Source: Ostrea edulis (lineage: Eukaryota). Taken from it: DNA of 64,000 nt. Under the pieces are notes generated by a model, which worked only from the letters and a program-made list of their open reading frames with translations, did not search any database and was not told the DNA's origin. Made by a program: the position numbers and the translations under genes. The DNA lies in contig NC_079164.1 of NCBI RefSeq assembly GCF_947568905.1, forward strand, positions 36,580,001 to 36,644,000, written 5' to 3'. Of the stretch, positions 9,341 to 22,566 are shown piece by piece (the stretch's first letter is position 1; each line of letters begins with the position of its first letter).

Positions 9341-12300
9341 GATGAATACTGTTTTGTTTTGGTCACATTAAGCATAAAAAACAATGCGTTTACCAAAAAG
9401 TTCGTGAAGTTTAATTTTCACATTTAAAGTTTCACATTTGTCGTTTTTGCTGCGTCAGGCCTCAGTGAGAAAGAATTCTACTTGGATAAACAGATGTCTT
9501 CCACCGGAAATGGGACTGTCCGACTTATAACATGCATATATATAAGATATTGGCATATTGTACCATCCTAAGTAAAAATAAAAAAATTAGCGTGTTTCAA
9601 AAATCCGTCGTTACCTAACAGTGAAAATCAAACTGAAAATCATTTTTGACAAGAGAGGTTTTAAGTTTGAGTGAAAATAAAATAATACCAATTTTCACTT
9701 TGTATGAAATGACCATGGTTTTTTTTAAAATTTGTATTAGGATGAGAGATTCATTTACGAATGAATTATCTAAATTGATTGCCGGTGATTTTCTGTGGAC
9801 GTAATGACACATTGCACGTTATAGTGCTATTCCATTGATAGGTTTCTGTTGTCTTCTCGTCATATATGTAAATATTCCACTTCATTAGTTCTGTGATACT
9901 CCAAGACACTGTAAACAACTCTTCCAAATTATTACCGAGGGTCGCTTTGTTTTTATACATAAATCGGAACATCGCTAGACTTGACGGAAAATGCCGAGCT
10001 AAGTTGCACCTAACGATATCTCTTGCAAGAAGTAACTTTGCTCAATATCATTCATTTACATTTGTTTTTAATTCAAATTGTAACTTTTTATCTACGTTTT
10101 TAAATTATAGACATCAAGCAGTGTACGAAGTCAACAGAATTGAATACACTATCGCCCAATATGTTTAATATCTAACCTCTTTTCGTCACACTAATGGTAA
10201 AATAAACATACTGATGACTCTAATTATTACAGGAATGTACCAGATCTCTGTTCCTAGTCCCACATTTAGGGGGTGTTTTTTCTTTCTTTAAAAGATGATA
10301 GTAACTACAATTCGAGAAGTGAAGTATGAAGGCTATATTTTGAGTATTTCTTATTCCTGTGCAAGCACATGCCACACATTTCCAATCCGTGATGAGAATT
10401 TTATATCGTTTACAATATCCTAGCCTTTCCTTAAGGAATAACTGTCTTAAAATATTCTAAAGCCTTTACTTACGAATCACTGTCTTCATAGATACACTGA
10501 GTAAGTTCTACGTTTTCTATGAGGAAAAGATTATTTCATCTAATTCAATTATACGACCTCACAATTGATTCACGCCACATTGCGTCTATGAGAATATGAA
10601 CCCACTGGGAAGGAAAGGACATAGGGTAGTCTTGACATTAGAATATCTATATTTTTTATGTTTGAATATAGATATAAGTAGTAGGGCTATGAGGAGGATA
10701 CGACATGACACGTGGTATTTAAATGCCATGTTAAATTACTGTTGAAAATGTTAATGCTCCAAAATTTCTGAAAATATCATGGCCGCATCCATTCATCTTG
10801 TCCAAAGAAAAAATCCGATATGATTAAATAATATGAATTAGTAAATTTTCAGCAATGGCATATGGTTTATAGACGGAAAATGTAATGCCAGAAGAAGAAA
10901 AACTCGTCACAGACGCAGATCACAGGAGATAGTGCAATGTGAATTTCATCGGGAGGACCTCATTCACGTGTAATGTCGTAATTAACTCTCATCAAAGATT
11001 CATGTGATGGCCCGTTCTGAGGGTATAGGAGGTGATGTCTTGATTGAACACGTGATGTGCAAAAATTATCACTTACTCAATTAATGGAGAAATCCACAAA
11101 ATATTTTTTTCTTTTAAAAATGAGAGTTGTTTCTTCTGCATGCATTCCTTGCTTTCAGAGTGCGTGAAATACATCATACTATATTTAACCCTCATAAAAT
11201 ACTTGCAATGTAAAACGCATTTTCATAGTTTAAATTGATCGTGAAAATTTGATTTAAATGTTAATTTCTTTCTTTAACTTTAAATTTTCGAAGACTCCCT
11301 TCAACATGAACTAAAATGTTTAATTTTTCTTGTTATAGTAATAGCGCGCGACATTAAGACATTTCAAGAGTTGTAGATGTAAAAGTCAGCTTGAAAAAAT
11401 GCAGTTCGGTGAGGGGAGAACCATACTGAAAGGGTATTCCGAACGACTGCAGTTCAATGAGGGGGAAAAAGCAAAATTAATACCGAAAAAAATCTATTTC
11501 CGTATTTGAATCTCCACATAAAGATCAGCTTTGACAGAAATGCATTGCTAGTAAATACCAATCAATTTCCAGTTATTTTTATTATTTAGCTTGCACTTGA
11601 TTGTATCTGAGCACGCAAGGACTTCATCAATACTTGAAACGCTCTTTCATTCTTTCCACCCCCCGCCACACCCCAAAATAGACGAAAAACACCTTTTTAC
11701 ATTTATGAAACAAACACAAATAAAATCCCAAAAGCGAAATGATAAACCTCACTTTAGAAGAAGAAAAAAATCGTACGATACGCAAAAATAGCAATCCTGC
11801 ATTCAACCGGGAGAGTCCACTCGTTAAGTACACCTTTTGTTTCCGATGACAATATTAACTGTAATACGAAAACTGGAGAAAATCTTTTTACATATAACGA
11901 TGGCTAGTTGATGTCAATACACCAATAAGCTTAAAATACAATGTTATTTATCCCATGCAGAGATAGCTCAACATGCCCGTTTGAAGAGCCTAGACATAAT
12001 TAGGTATAATTAAGTCTATGCACATCTACGCATTACCACAAGCCTTTCGGTTTGACTGCTTCTAATCACTTTCTTACCTCAGTGTTAGTTCTTCCTTCTA
12101 TAGGAATGGAAAGCAATGGCATGCAAAAAGTAATAATTACAGAGGGCTGGGAAAATGTAGGATATCGCTTGAATGTAATGAAGATGAAAGGTGATTAAAT
12201 ACAATTTGATTTCCGCTGAAATCCAGCATTCTCAAAGAGTCGGTCACTCCGAACCAAACAACACAAAGCAGTCCTCTCCTTCTTTTTACAAGATCCTGTA

Positions 12301-12722
12301 ATCAAATTGACTCCCAATAACCAGTGCAGTGGTGGATCCTTATTCATGAGTTTTATTACTGAGTAATAGTGGGAAGAGCAATTCGATAGTAGATGTATTA
12401 TGTGCGCAATATAGACTTGTATGTTGTAAAAACGAAATTGCTATTCAGGGAGATATTGTTTAGACAGATAAAAATCCAAATCAAATATGAAATATTTTTA
12501 TCTCAAACCCTTAGGCGTATTTGGTAGTAAAATATTTCATTATGGTTAAAGTACGGTTGGGTCGAACGAAAATGGTCACGTGATAAGATCTTGGAGTTGC
12601 AGCTCTTTTAATTATCGTCAATTGTAAAAAGAAGATCGATAGAACGGTACTCGCTCTATTGAGTGGAAGATATCCGTAAATTTAAAAAAGACGAAAGTAC
12701 AATGTACGGAGTGTGTATGGGT

Positions 12723-12724
<2 letters not shown>

Positions 12725-12773
<49 letters not shown>
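12725..12773. repeat. (TA)n microsatellite
   Basis: Direct reading. Confidence 0.97.
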
Positions 12774-12775
<2 letters not shown>

Positions 12776-15700
12776 TCTGCCGCATTGCTATTGAAACAAT
12801 AGCCTTGAATGGTGGCGATGATATAAAAAGAGACATTTCTACAGTCATAGCATTTCAACTGAATTTCTAACAACTAGGGTTTTCGATCATATTGGTTTAG
12901 GGAATAATTGTCAATAGATGACAATTTTATTGTAATGAAGTGAGATACTCTTGGATGAATACAAATATTATATCCATATGTGTAGGAGAGAGATAGAAAG
13001 TGTATTTTCATTGGAGAAGATAAAAAAAAGCTGTAAAATGCAACCACACAGCCTTAAGTACTTTGCAGTTAGAACATGTATATTTTGATAAGTAACATAT
13101 AACACCCCCAGAAATTGTTCTTCAGAGTATTAAAATGTATATTTACAGAGCCACAATGTAGAAAAATAAACCCACTCTGTTGTTTGATAATATGATATGT
13201 TTGATAAATGGGAAACCAATACACACCTGTACCGGTGTAAAGTCAAGGATTATAAACAATTAGCTCTAGTAGGCAAACATTCACTTGGAATTTTGTAAAC
13301 ATTTTGAACTTTAAACTACTGTATATATAACGTGATATAACAGGGAGATATTCAATGAACAATTGCTGGTGTTGGCTTCCTTGTTTCTTACAATACAGGT
13401 ATTCAATGAACAACGACGTTATGCAACTGTGAAAGTCGACTAGATGCTGACTATAACACAGTTTAAGGAACTCGATAACGTCGCTGCTGTTTGTTCGTCG
13501 TTTAGGAATTCAAAATTGAATATTAATAAGTATTACTGGTACAGGGGTTTTCTCACATGTGCATGGAATGAAATTTTACATAAACAATTGTTTTTAAAAA
13601 ATTCTTTTTCTTTTAAACCTTGTACATCGAATGTTTTATCCCGAAAATGGACTCATATATCCTAAATATGACGACAGTTAAAATTTCTGGTGTTGTCAAG
13701 CGCAGACAGTTACACAATCAGAGACTCTCGGGATGATTATTCAAAAAGATAACTTCACACGCCGACATCTTGGAACAATACACCACGATGTGCAATTCTG
13801 AGTCAAATAACGCTAATCCATAAATCTCTACAAATTCGAGGGAATTGATGGCATCTATAAATACATTGGTATATTGATGCACTTACATTATCCCAGAAAA
13901 CATTGTTTTAGATTCATCAGGTGTTCCACATCTTTTACTGATTTTGACAAACTACTGTTAAGTAATGATAAAAATAACTTACCCACTGTAGTGGAGATTT
14001 AGTCGGAACACCTGTCAGATTTAATTCTATAATGGTATTAAATTTATAGGTGTCGTATTTATCGCTTAAATAGGTTGCTGGTTTATTTTATGAAATTAAT
14101 CTGCAAGATATAATAACAGTCCTAGGACCACGAGGTTAAATCAAACATATCCCTCCTTGGGAAACGTCACTGACCAAGGGAAAGCCACCTTGGTTTGAAT
14201 GACACACAATATTGATCAACATGTCACAAACTATTAAGGTTGTTCGGCTAAATATCGCGAATGGGTTTAAACTCATTTTTAATTACGTGTAACTTAAATA
14301 AACAGTTAATAATCGACGGTCATCGTGTTCAAAAGCGGGTATGCAGGAGCTAGTGGCGTAATTATCGTATTGCGGTTGACAACTATAGAATACCAGATCC
14401 CTTGAAAGTGAAATGTTTTGATGATAATCTTGAAAAATGACTATTGAATTTATGCAACACAATATAACACAATTTGCTGTGTCAGTTTTGGAAGGATGGG
14501 GCTGTATAATGTTATCACGTTATAACAGTTTTGCGTTTTCAGAAGGAAAAAAAAACCCGCATTTATCACTACTTCCCTTTTTGGGCTTGATTCGTTTACA
14601 AATACAGCTTAGTTTGAATGCATTATGAATTGCGTTTTCGTTGAATTATTTAAAATTAGCTCTTTTCCCGGTATCTTTGATATTTAAATTTCTTTCGCCA
14701 CTCATAGTAAAACAAATTGCATGGGTATATCGTGTTACATTAAGTAATTCACCACGTCAACTGGTTTTTATTAATCATCCGATATTAAGTGAATGAAACC
14801 ACATATAAACTTCTTCATAGACCTACCTTTACAGGTGTGCCCTTTTATAAGACACACCTACGTGGACCTATGTTTGTAACTTTTCCTGAAGAGAAATCCT
14901 GGTTCATCACGAACTTTAGAACAGATCCATGCACTGGGACAATGCCTTGAGACTGTTATTTAAGTAATCATACACAGATTTTATATTGCGTGAATTTACT
15001 ATCTCTACACGCCCCCAGATTATACGTTGTTTCTTTTTTAAATTTAAATTTGAGTACCCCTTTATTTTCTTATCAAGTTCCAAACTTCCGAATAAATATC
15101 CCTTGCCGATATTTAGCTGCATACGTGGTCTTAAAGGGTCTCAATACCCGAACATATCGCATATTTTCTGGGTTGCCTATTGAATACGGCTAGGTTCCTG
15201 CTGCTAGTTGTCAAGAATGCCTGTATGCCAAAAGTCTTTAAACATATAGAACAGTCCCAAATTAAAAGGACAAATTGTCATACGGAGATAGTAACGACAT
15301 ATAAACGGTCCGGTTTCCCTCAAGTAGCTGGATCGCGCGTGTTCGTCTGCAAGTGACATCATAAGCTACGTACATATACAAGGTCATCATATATCATGGG
15401 AGATATGTCAGTGGAAAGGCAAAACGATGGCTTTCCAATGCATGGATCAGTAATCAAACCACTAAATCGTTCCACACATTGAACTTGTTAGAAAGAACTG
15501 GGGAAAAAATGAATTGATGCGTCTAACAGTTACAGTTATCGAGAAATATCTTTTAAAGCTAACTATTTCAGCGAAAGAACATTTTATCTTCGGATTCAAA
15601 TATTAATCAATATTTTCACATAAGTGGCCTAAGACTCGTAAGACAAGGCTGATAAGTGTCATGTGCATCTCAGATGTACGAACGACATGTTGAGAACATA

Positions 15701-15899
15701 TATATTTCTCATTGGCTTACCTATTACATGTCTATGGGTCACGTGATTAGTCAGATGTGTCAGCAATATGTTTTCTTGAAATGTGATGGATACACGCTAG
15801 TCCAACTGTGTCAAAGGCATATTTAGTCTAGATACAATTTTAGTCCAGATATGTTAATGACATCATCGTTTCGAATGTAAGACTCAATGACGTGTAAAG

Positions 15900-18430
15900 T
15901 CGTGCTGTGTTTGTGACATGTTTATTCTAGCTGTGTTAATGACGTTTTGTCTAGCTGTGTGAGTGACCTATTTAGTCTGTGTTAGTGACACGTTTAGTCT
16001 GTGTTAGTGACATATTTAGTCTGTGTTAGTGACACGTATAGTCTGTGTTAGTGACACGTTTAGTATGTGTTAGTGACATATTTAGTCAGTGTTAGTGACA
16101 CATATAGTCTGTGTTAGTGACACGTTTAGTCTGTGTTAGTGACACGTTTAGTCTGTGTTAGTGACACGTTTAGTCTGTGTTAGTGACACGTATAGTCAGT
16201 ATTAGTGACACATATAGTCTGTGTTAGTGACATGTTTAGTCTGTGTTAGTGACACGTATAGTCAGAATTAGTGACACGTATAGTCTGTGTTAGTGACATG
16301 TTTAGTCTGTGTTAGTGACATGTTTAGTCTGTGTTAATGACATGTCTAGTTGTGTTAATGACATATTTTGTCTAGATGTGTGAGTGACATGTTTTGTGCT
16401 GTGTTTAGTGACACGTTTAGTCTATGTTAGTGACACGTTTAGTCTGTGTTAGTGACACGTTTAGTCTGTGTTAGTGACACGTATAGTCAGTATTAGTGAC
16501 ACGTTTAGTCTGTGTTAGTGACATGTTTTGTCAGTGTTAATGACATGTCTAGTTGTGTTAATGACATATTTTGTCTAGATGTGTGAGTCACATGTTTTGT
16601 GTTGTGTTAGTGACACGTTTAGTCTGTGTTAGTGACATGTTTAGTATGTGTTAATGATATGTCTAGTTGTGTTAATGACATATTTTGTCTAGATATGTGA
16701 GTCGCATGTTTTGTGCTGTGTTTAGTGACACGTTTAGTCTATGTTAGTGACACGTTTAGTCTGTGTTAGTGACACGTATAGTCAGTATTAGTGACACGTA
16801 TAGTCTGTGTTAGTGACATGTTTAGTCTGTGTTAGTGACACGTATAGTCAGTATTAGTGACACATATAGTCTGTGTTAGTGACATGTTTAGTCTGTGTTA
16901 GTGACATGTTTAGTCTGTGTTAATGACATGTCTAGTTGTGTTAATGACATATTTTGTCTAGATGTGTGAGTGACATGTTTTGTGCTGTGTTTAGTGACAC
17001 GTTTAGTCTATGTTAGTGACACGTTTAGTCTGTGTTAGAGACACGTTTAGTCTGTGTTAGTGACACGTTTAGTCTGTGTTAGTGACACGTATAGTCAGTA
17101 TTAGTGACACGTTTAGTCTGTGTTAGTGACATGTTTTGTCAGTGTTAATGACATGTCTAGTTGTGTTAATGACATATTTTGTCTAGATGTGTGAGTCACA
17201 TGTTTTGTGTTGTGTTTAGTGACACGTTTAGTCTGTGTTAGTGACATGTTTAGTATGTGTTAATGATATGTCTAGTTGTGTTAATGACATATTTTGTCTA
17301 GATATGTGAGTCGCATGTTTTGTGCTGTGTTTAGTGACACGTTTAGTCTATGTTAGTGACATGTTTAGTCTGTGTTAGTGACACGTTTAGTCTGTGTTAG
17401 TGACACGTTTAGTCTGTGTTAGTGACACGTATAGTCTGTGTTAGTGACACGTTTAGTCTGTGTTAGTGACATGTTTAGTCTGTGTTAGTGACACGTTTAG
17501 TCTGTGTTAGTGACATGTTTAGTCTGTGTTAATGACATGTCTAGTTGTGTTAATGACATATTTTGTCTAGATGTGTGAGTCACATGTTTTGTGTTGTGTT
17601 TAGTGACACGTTTAGTCTGTGTTAGTGACATGTTTAGTCTGTGTTAATGACATGTCTAGTTGTGTTAATGACATATTTTGTCTAGATGTGTGAGTCACAT
17701 GTTTTGTGATGTGTTAGTGACATGGTTTGTTTGTGATAATGACATGTTTTGTCTGTGTTAATGATATGTTTTGTTTAGCGGTGTTAATGACATATTTTGT
17801 CTAGACGTGTTAGTGACATGGTTTGTGATGTGTTAATGACATGTTTTGTTTGTGTTAATAACATGTTTTCTTTGTGTTAATGACATGTTTTGTCTGGCTG
17901 TGTGAGTTACATGTTTCGTCTATCAGTGTTAATGACATGTTTTGTTTATGTTAGGACATGTTTTGTATGGCTGTGTGAATGATGTTTTGTCTATCAGTGT
18001 TAATGACATGTTTTGTTTGTGTTAATGACCTGTTTTGTCTGGCTGTGTGAGTGACATGTTTTGTCTATCAGTGTTAATGACATGTTTTGTCTGTTTTAAT
18101 GACATGTTTTGTTTAGCGGTGTTAATGACATATTTTGTCTAGACGTGTTAGTGACATGGTTTGTGATGTGTTAATGACATGTTTTGTTTGTGTTAATAAC
18201 ATGTTTTGTTTGTGTTAATGAACTGTTTTGTCTGGCTGTGTGAGTGACATGTTTTGTCTATCAGTGTTAATGACATGTTTTGTCTGGCTGTGTGAGTGAC
18301 ATGTTTTGTCTATCAGTGTTAATGACATGTTTTGTCTGTTTTAATGACATGTTTTGTCTGTGTTAATGACATGCTTTGTCTGGCTGTGTGTGATGTTTAA
18401 TCTATCAGTGTTAATGAAATGTTTTATCTC
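15900..18430. repeat. ~2.5-kb minisatellite, 22-bp base unit gtgttagtgacacgtttagtct, with higher-order blocks
   Basis: More than 100 related units; diagnostic variants recur at ~610-bp and ~338-bp periods. Confidence 0.97.
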
Positions 18431-18676
18431 TCTGTGCTAGTAACATGGTCAGTCTATTTGTCTTCGTAACATGCGCAATTAGATGAAGGACTTCAATACC
18501 AAGATGTACTATAATTTAGGCCTTCAATTACATCTCAAATTCACAAGTATAATAATATTTGTTACGGTTAAACACCGAACAATACTACCCACATGATTAC
18601 TCCGACCAAGCTGCCATACATTTCCCACATGGCAATTTCTCATGAGGTCAGAATATGACACCTTTTTATGGAAAAC

Positions 18677-19958
18677 ATGAAAGTTCCCTATTTATAGCAA
18701 TAATTAAGGTATATGTGAAGGTTTCCTACTTATAGCAATAGTTCAGGCATATGTAAAACTTATGCGGTACCAATTTTGATGCACCAGATGCGCATTTCAA
18801 CAAATAATGTCTCTTCGGTGATGCTCAAGCCGAAATTTTGGAAATTCGAATTAACAATAAACATGTAAGAGCTAAAAGGAAAACCAAAGTGCCAAAAACT
18901 GGAGTCAAATTCGTCCAAGGATCAGAGCTATGCATGAGGGAGATAATCCTTAATTTTGAAATGAATTTCTAAATTTTATCCGAGCAATTAAATATACATC
19001 CGTATTTTCAAGCTAATAACGAAGTGCTTAGCTACTGGACTGTAGATAACCTCAGGTACTAACAGTCCACCAGCAGAGGCCTCGACCCAGGGGTCATAAT
19101 GTAAAACTTATACGGTACCAATGTTGATGCACCAGATGCGCATTTCAACAAATAATGTCTCTTCGGTGATGCTCAAGCCGAAATTTTGGAAATTCGAATT
19201 AACAATAAACATGTAAGAGCTAAAAGGAAAACCAAAAAAGCCAAAAACTGGAGCCAAATTCGTCCAAGGATCAGAGCTACATGTATGAAGGAGATAATCC
19301 TTAATTTTGAAATGAGTTTCTAAATTTTATCCTATTATTTATCATATGTAAACGTTCCCTACTTATAGCAATAGTTCAAGTATATGTGAAGGCTCCCTAC
19401 ATATAGCAATAGTTCAGATATATGTGAAGGTTCCCTACTTATAGCAATAGTTCAGGTATATGTGAAGGCTCCCTACTTATAGCAATAGTTCAGGTATATG
19501 TGAAGGCTCCCTACATATAGCAATAGTTCAGGTATATGTGAAGGCTCCCTACATATAGCAATAGTTCAGGTATATGTGAAGGCTCCCTACATATAGCAAT
19601 AGTTCAGGTATATGTGAAGGCTCCCTACATATAGCAATAGTTCAGGTATATGTGAAGGCTCCCTACATATAGCAATAGTTCAGATATATGCGAAGGCTCC
19701 CTACATATAGCAATAGTTCAGGTATATGTGAAGGCTCCCTACATATAGCAATAGTTCAGGTATATGTGAAGGTTCCCTACATATAGCAATAGTTCAGGTA
19801 TATGTGAAGGCTCCCTACATATAGCAATAGTTCAGATATATGTGAAGGCTCCCTACTTATAGCAATAGTTCAGATATATGTGAAGGCTCCCTACATATAG
19901 CAATAGTTCAGATATATGTGAAGGCCCCCTACATATAGCAATAGTTCAGGTATATGTG
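18677..19958. repeat. 38-bp minisatellite (atatgtgaaggctccctacatatagcaatagttcaggt), ~16 units plus 2 units left of an insertion
   Basis: Direct reading; interrupted at ~18750-19345. Confidence 0.95.
18751..19342. mobile_element. Dispersed-repeat insertion in ~1.7 tandem copies (348-bp period)
   Basis: atgtaaaacttat.cggtaccaat.ttgatgcaccagatgcgcatttc... starts at 18751 and again at 19099. Resembles non-autonomous Helitron/Helentron-type repeats of bivalves (classification from recall). Confidence 0.7.
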
Positions 19959-20092
19959 AGTTACCAGGTGGACTGTTAGTGATATACGTAGAAAAAATCA
20001 CAAGTCGTCCACTTATCGGTCACTGTGGTAATAGTTAAAAGTATTACAAGGTCTACTAAATTTATAATACTTTATCTAAGCTAACTTCTAAT

Positions 20093-20297
20093 ATTGATTT
20101 TGACTACAGATTACTCCGTTTACCTGATCAAGACATAGGGCTCACGGCGGGTGTGACCGGTCGACAGGGGATGCTTACTCCTCCTAGGCACCTGACCTAC
20201 CTCTGTTATGTCCAGGGGTCCGTGTTTGCCCAACTCTCTATTTTGTATTCCTTTTAGGATTTATGAGATTGATCACTGTTCGTTGTCTTCACCTTTT
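20093..20297 (+). mobile_element. Family A retroelement 3'-end copy (intact structured core)
   Basis: ttgactacagattactccgtttacctgatcaag...gggctcacggcgggtgtgaccggtcgacaggggatgc...ttcgttgtcttcaccttt. Confidence 0.88.
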
Positions 20298-20380
20298 ATT
20301 TAGCAGCAGAATAGCCCCACCCACCCCACCCCCAACTGCCCATACTGATTTAAGACTTCATATATTACATGTATATATTT

Positions 20381-20533
20381 GCCCATGGAGATCCAGGTTG
20401 GAATAAGTCCTCAGCACACCTTGTCTGTCATAAGAGGCGACTAAATGGGAAGGTCTTTCAAATGAGACCGCAAAAACCGAGACCCCGTGTCAAAGCAGGT
20501 GTAGCACGATAAAGACCCCTCCCTGCTCAAAGA
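20381..20533 (+). mobile_element. SINE family C copy (3'-truncated)
   Basis: Homologous to 4868-5075 and 25686-25817; Meta-like aaaaaccgagaccccgtgtc...gcacgataaagaccc. Confidence 0.78.
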
Positions 20534-20534
20534 C

Positions 20535-21020
20535 TGGAATTTACAATTTCGGTAAAGGACTACCTGCTCCTTCTGAAAATCCATTTAGTTTCATTTTAGT
20601 ATCAATAGCACTAAAGAAGATGGTATGCCAAGTTTAGACCTGCCCCGAGAGTGCAGAAGTCCTGAAATCTACAATTCATGTCCCCCAAGCCCTTGTCCGA
20701 AAGATGCTTCATACCAAATTGGAAAAAAAGGAAGGATAATTATTGTTAATGCACACAATTGATCACTATGGTCATTTTGGCCCTGCCCAGGTACATGTAC
20801 CAAATCCCCACCTCTGGGATCATGAAATTCGCAACTTTGGTAAAGGGCTACCTACTCCTTTTAAATATTCATTTAGTTTCCATTTAGTATTAATAACATT
20901 ACAGAAGATGCTATTAAATTGTTTTACACATAAACACTTTATTCCAAGTATGATCTCGCTTTGGAATCAGACCCTCTACCCTGGGGATCATGACGTTTAC
21001 AATTTTGGTAGAGGCATTTA
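20535..21020 (+). repeat. Diverged satellite-like units related to oyster ~166-bp/Helentron-carried repeats
   Basis: Recurrent gggatcatga..tt.acaa.tttggta.agg and tttagtttc.atttagtat motifs in 2-3 units; family assignment from recall. Confidence 0.55.
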
Positions 21021-21975
21021 TATTTCCCGTGTTAACTGAATAGGCGTCGCGGATGAAATGCCGAAAGCGTTATGGGTCTTCGCACCGTAAAACATTATAT
21101 AATATAACGGATTGAGTAAACTCGACTAATTTCTATAGCAGAAATATCAGTAACATCGAGTATGACCTCAAATGAAAAATCGACAGCAATCCAGTTTAGC
21201 ATGTGTGTATTTTTCTACTGATCTTGAAATTCAAAACCCTTGCTTTGCGAGTTACAAACTGTCAAAAACGTGCTATAATGACCTTGACAATGACATCAGT
21301 TTTTGTTTTCTTTATCTATTTTGTTTTGCTAAATATGCACTATAATTATATGTATTTTTCCTAAGTGGCGATGTCACACCGGAAATCAACATGTGACAGA
21401 CGGACAAAAACGGGGACATATGCATTCTACTTCACACAATAACATTCCAATGAACAAAACATACAAATCAAACTGCAATTCCTCCTTGAGACAAACGTTT
21501 AGAAGAGTGTTTATATTTAGTCTTTCACACGTTTAAACAGCACTTCCACATACAGAATTAAGTTTGAAAGTCGGTATTAATGAAATATAATATGTGACGT
21601 CAGCTGGTTATCCACGAGGGAGTACCTGTAAATCTCCAGCAGTCCACAGTTCATACACAAACTGTTACAGAGTGGCCAGAATCATAAATACAGACAGGAT
21701 GTAATAAAAATTTGAACCCTTGTAAAGAGAGCCAGATGCCTATGTTTACTTTCAGCTCTGTGACGACATATTCTAAGATGCTTATGTTTATCTACGCTCT
21801 ATAACGACATATTAAGTGAAAACGTACGATAAATTTGTTATTTATTTATTACAGACCATTTCATGTCCCTGACTCCCTGATTGTAAGTGGGCAACTGTGC
21901 AAAAATGCTCCATTTGATGTGATGCGAGAGATTTGAGTCCGTTTGGGTCCATAAATGAAAATGATTCTTTTTTCT

Positions 21976-22566
21976 ACAGCTCAGTGTTAAAGCGGTCGTT
22001 GCGTAACTGGGATGTTGTGAGTTCGAATTCCACTCGTGCCATGGTCGCGTCAAAATAGGTGGTGATTGCTCCTTGACAAATGCTCGGCAATCATGGGTCT
22101 TTCGGATATGACCTTAAAAATGGAGGTCCCGTGTCACGGCAAGCGTTGGCACGTTATTGAACTCTCACTGCTACGACAAGCGCCAAGTAAGGGTTAATGT
22201 ACGAGTATCGCTCCATTCCTTAAAAGTAATGGACCGAGGCCCCGAAGGGGCCGAGGTCCATTGCTTTTAAGCAATGGAGTGATACGAGTACATTGACCCA
22301 CTTAAAATCACCTTAATAAAAACTAAACTTTGTGCATTTTAATCATGTCTTACGTTTTTCATTCTTTTGTTGCATGCATCTATATCTACTTGTATAAAGG
22401 TTGACCTACTTTCCGAACACTCCATTCCTGAAAAATAATGGAGTTATCGAACAAAAGAATGACGTCATAGGTGGATTTTAAGAATAGGTATAAATTTGCG
22501 GTACTTCACCCACAGCTGGTGACGTCTCAATATGAGTGAAAAATTGTCGATGGAGCGTAAAAAATA
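21976..22566 (+). mobile_element. SINE family B copy interrupted by a ~295-bp hairpin element
   Basis: Head, central domain and tail collinear with 62128-62442 once 22188-22482 is removed. Confidence 0.8.
22188..22482 (+). mobile_element. Non-autonomous hairpin-bearing insertion (109-nt palindrome at left end)
   Basis: Symmetric fold-back 22191-22299; ctccattcct.aaaa.taatgga repeated at ~22211 and ~22420; CRE at 22460; TAAG at both ends. Confidence 0.75.
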
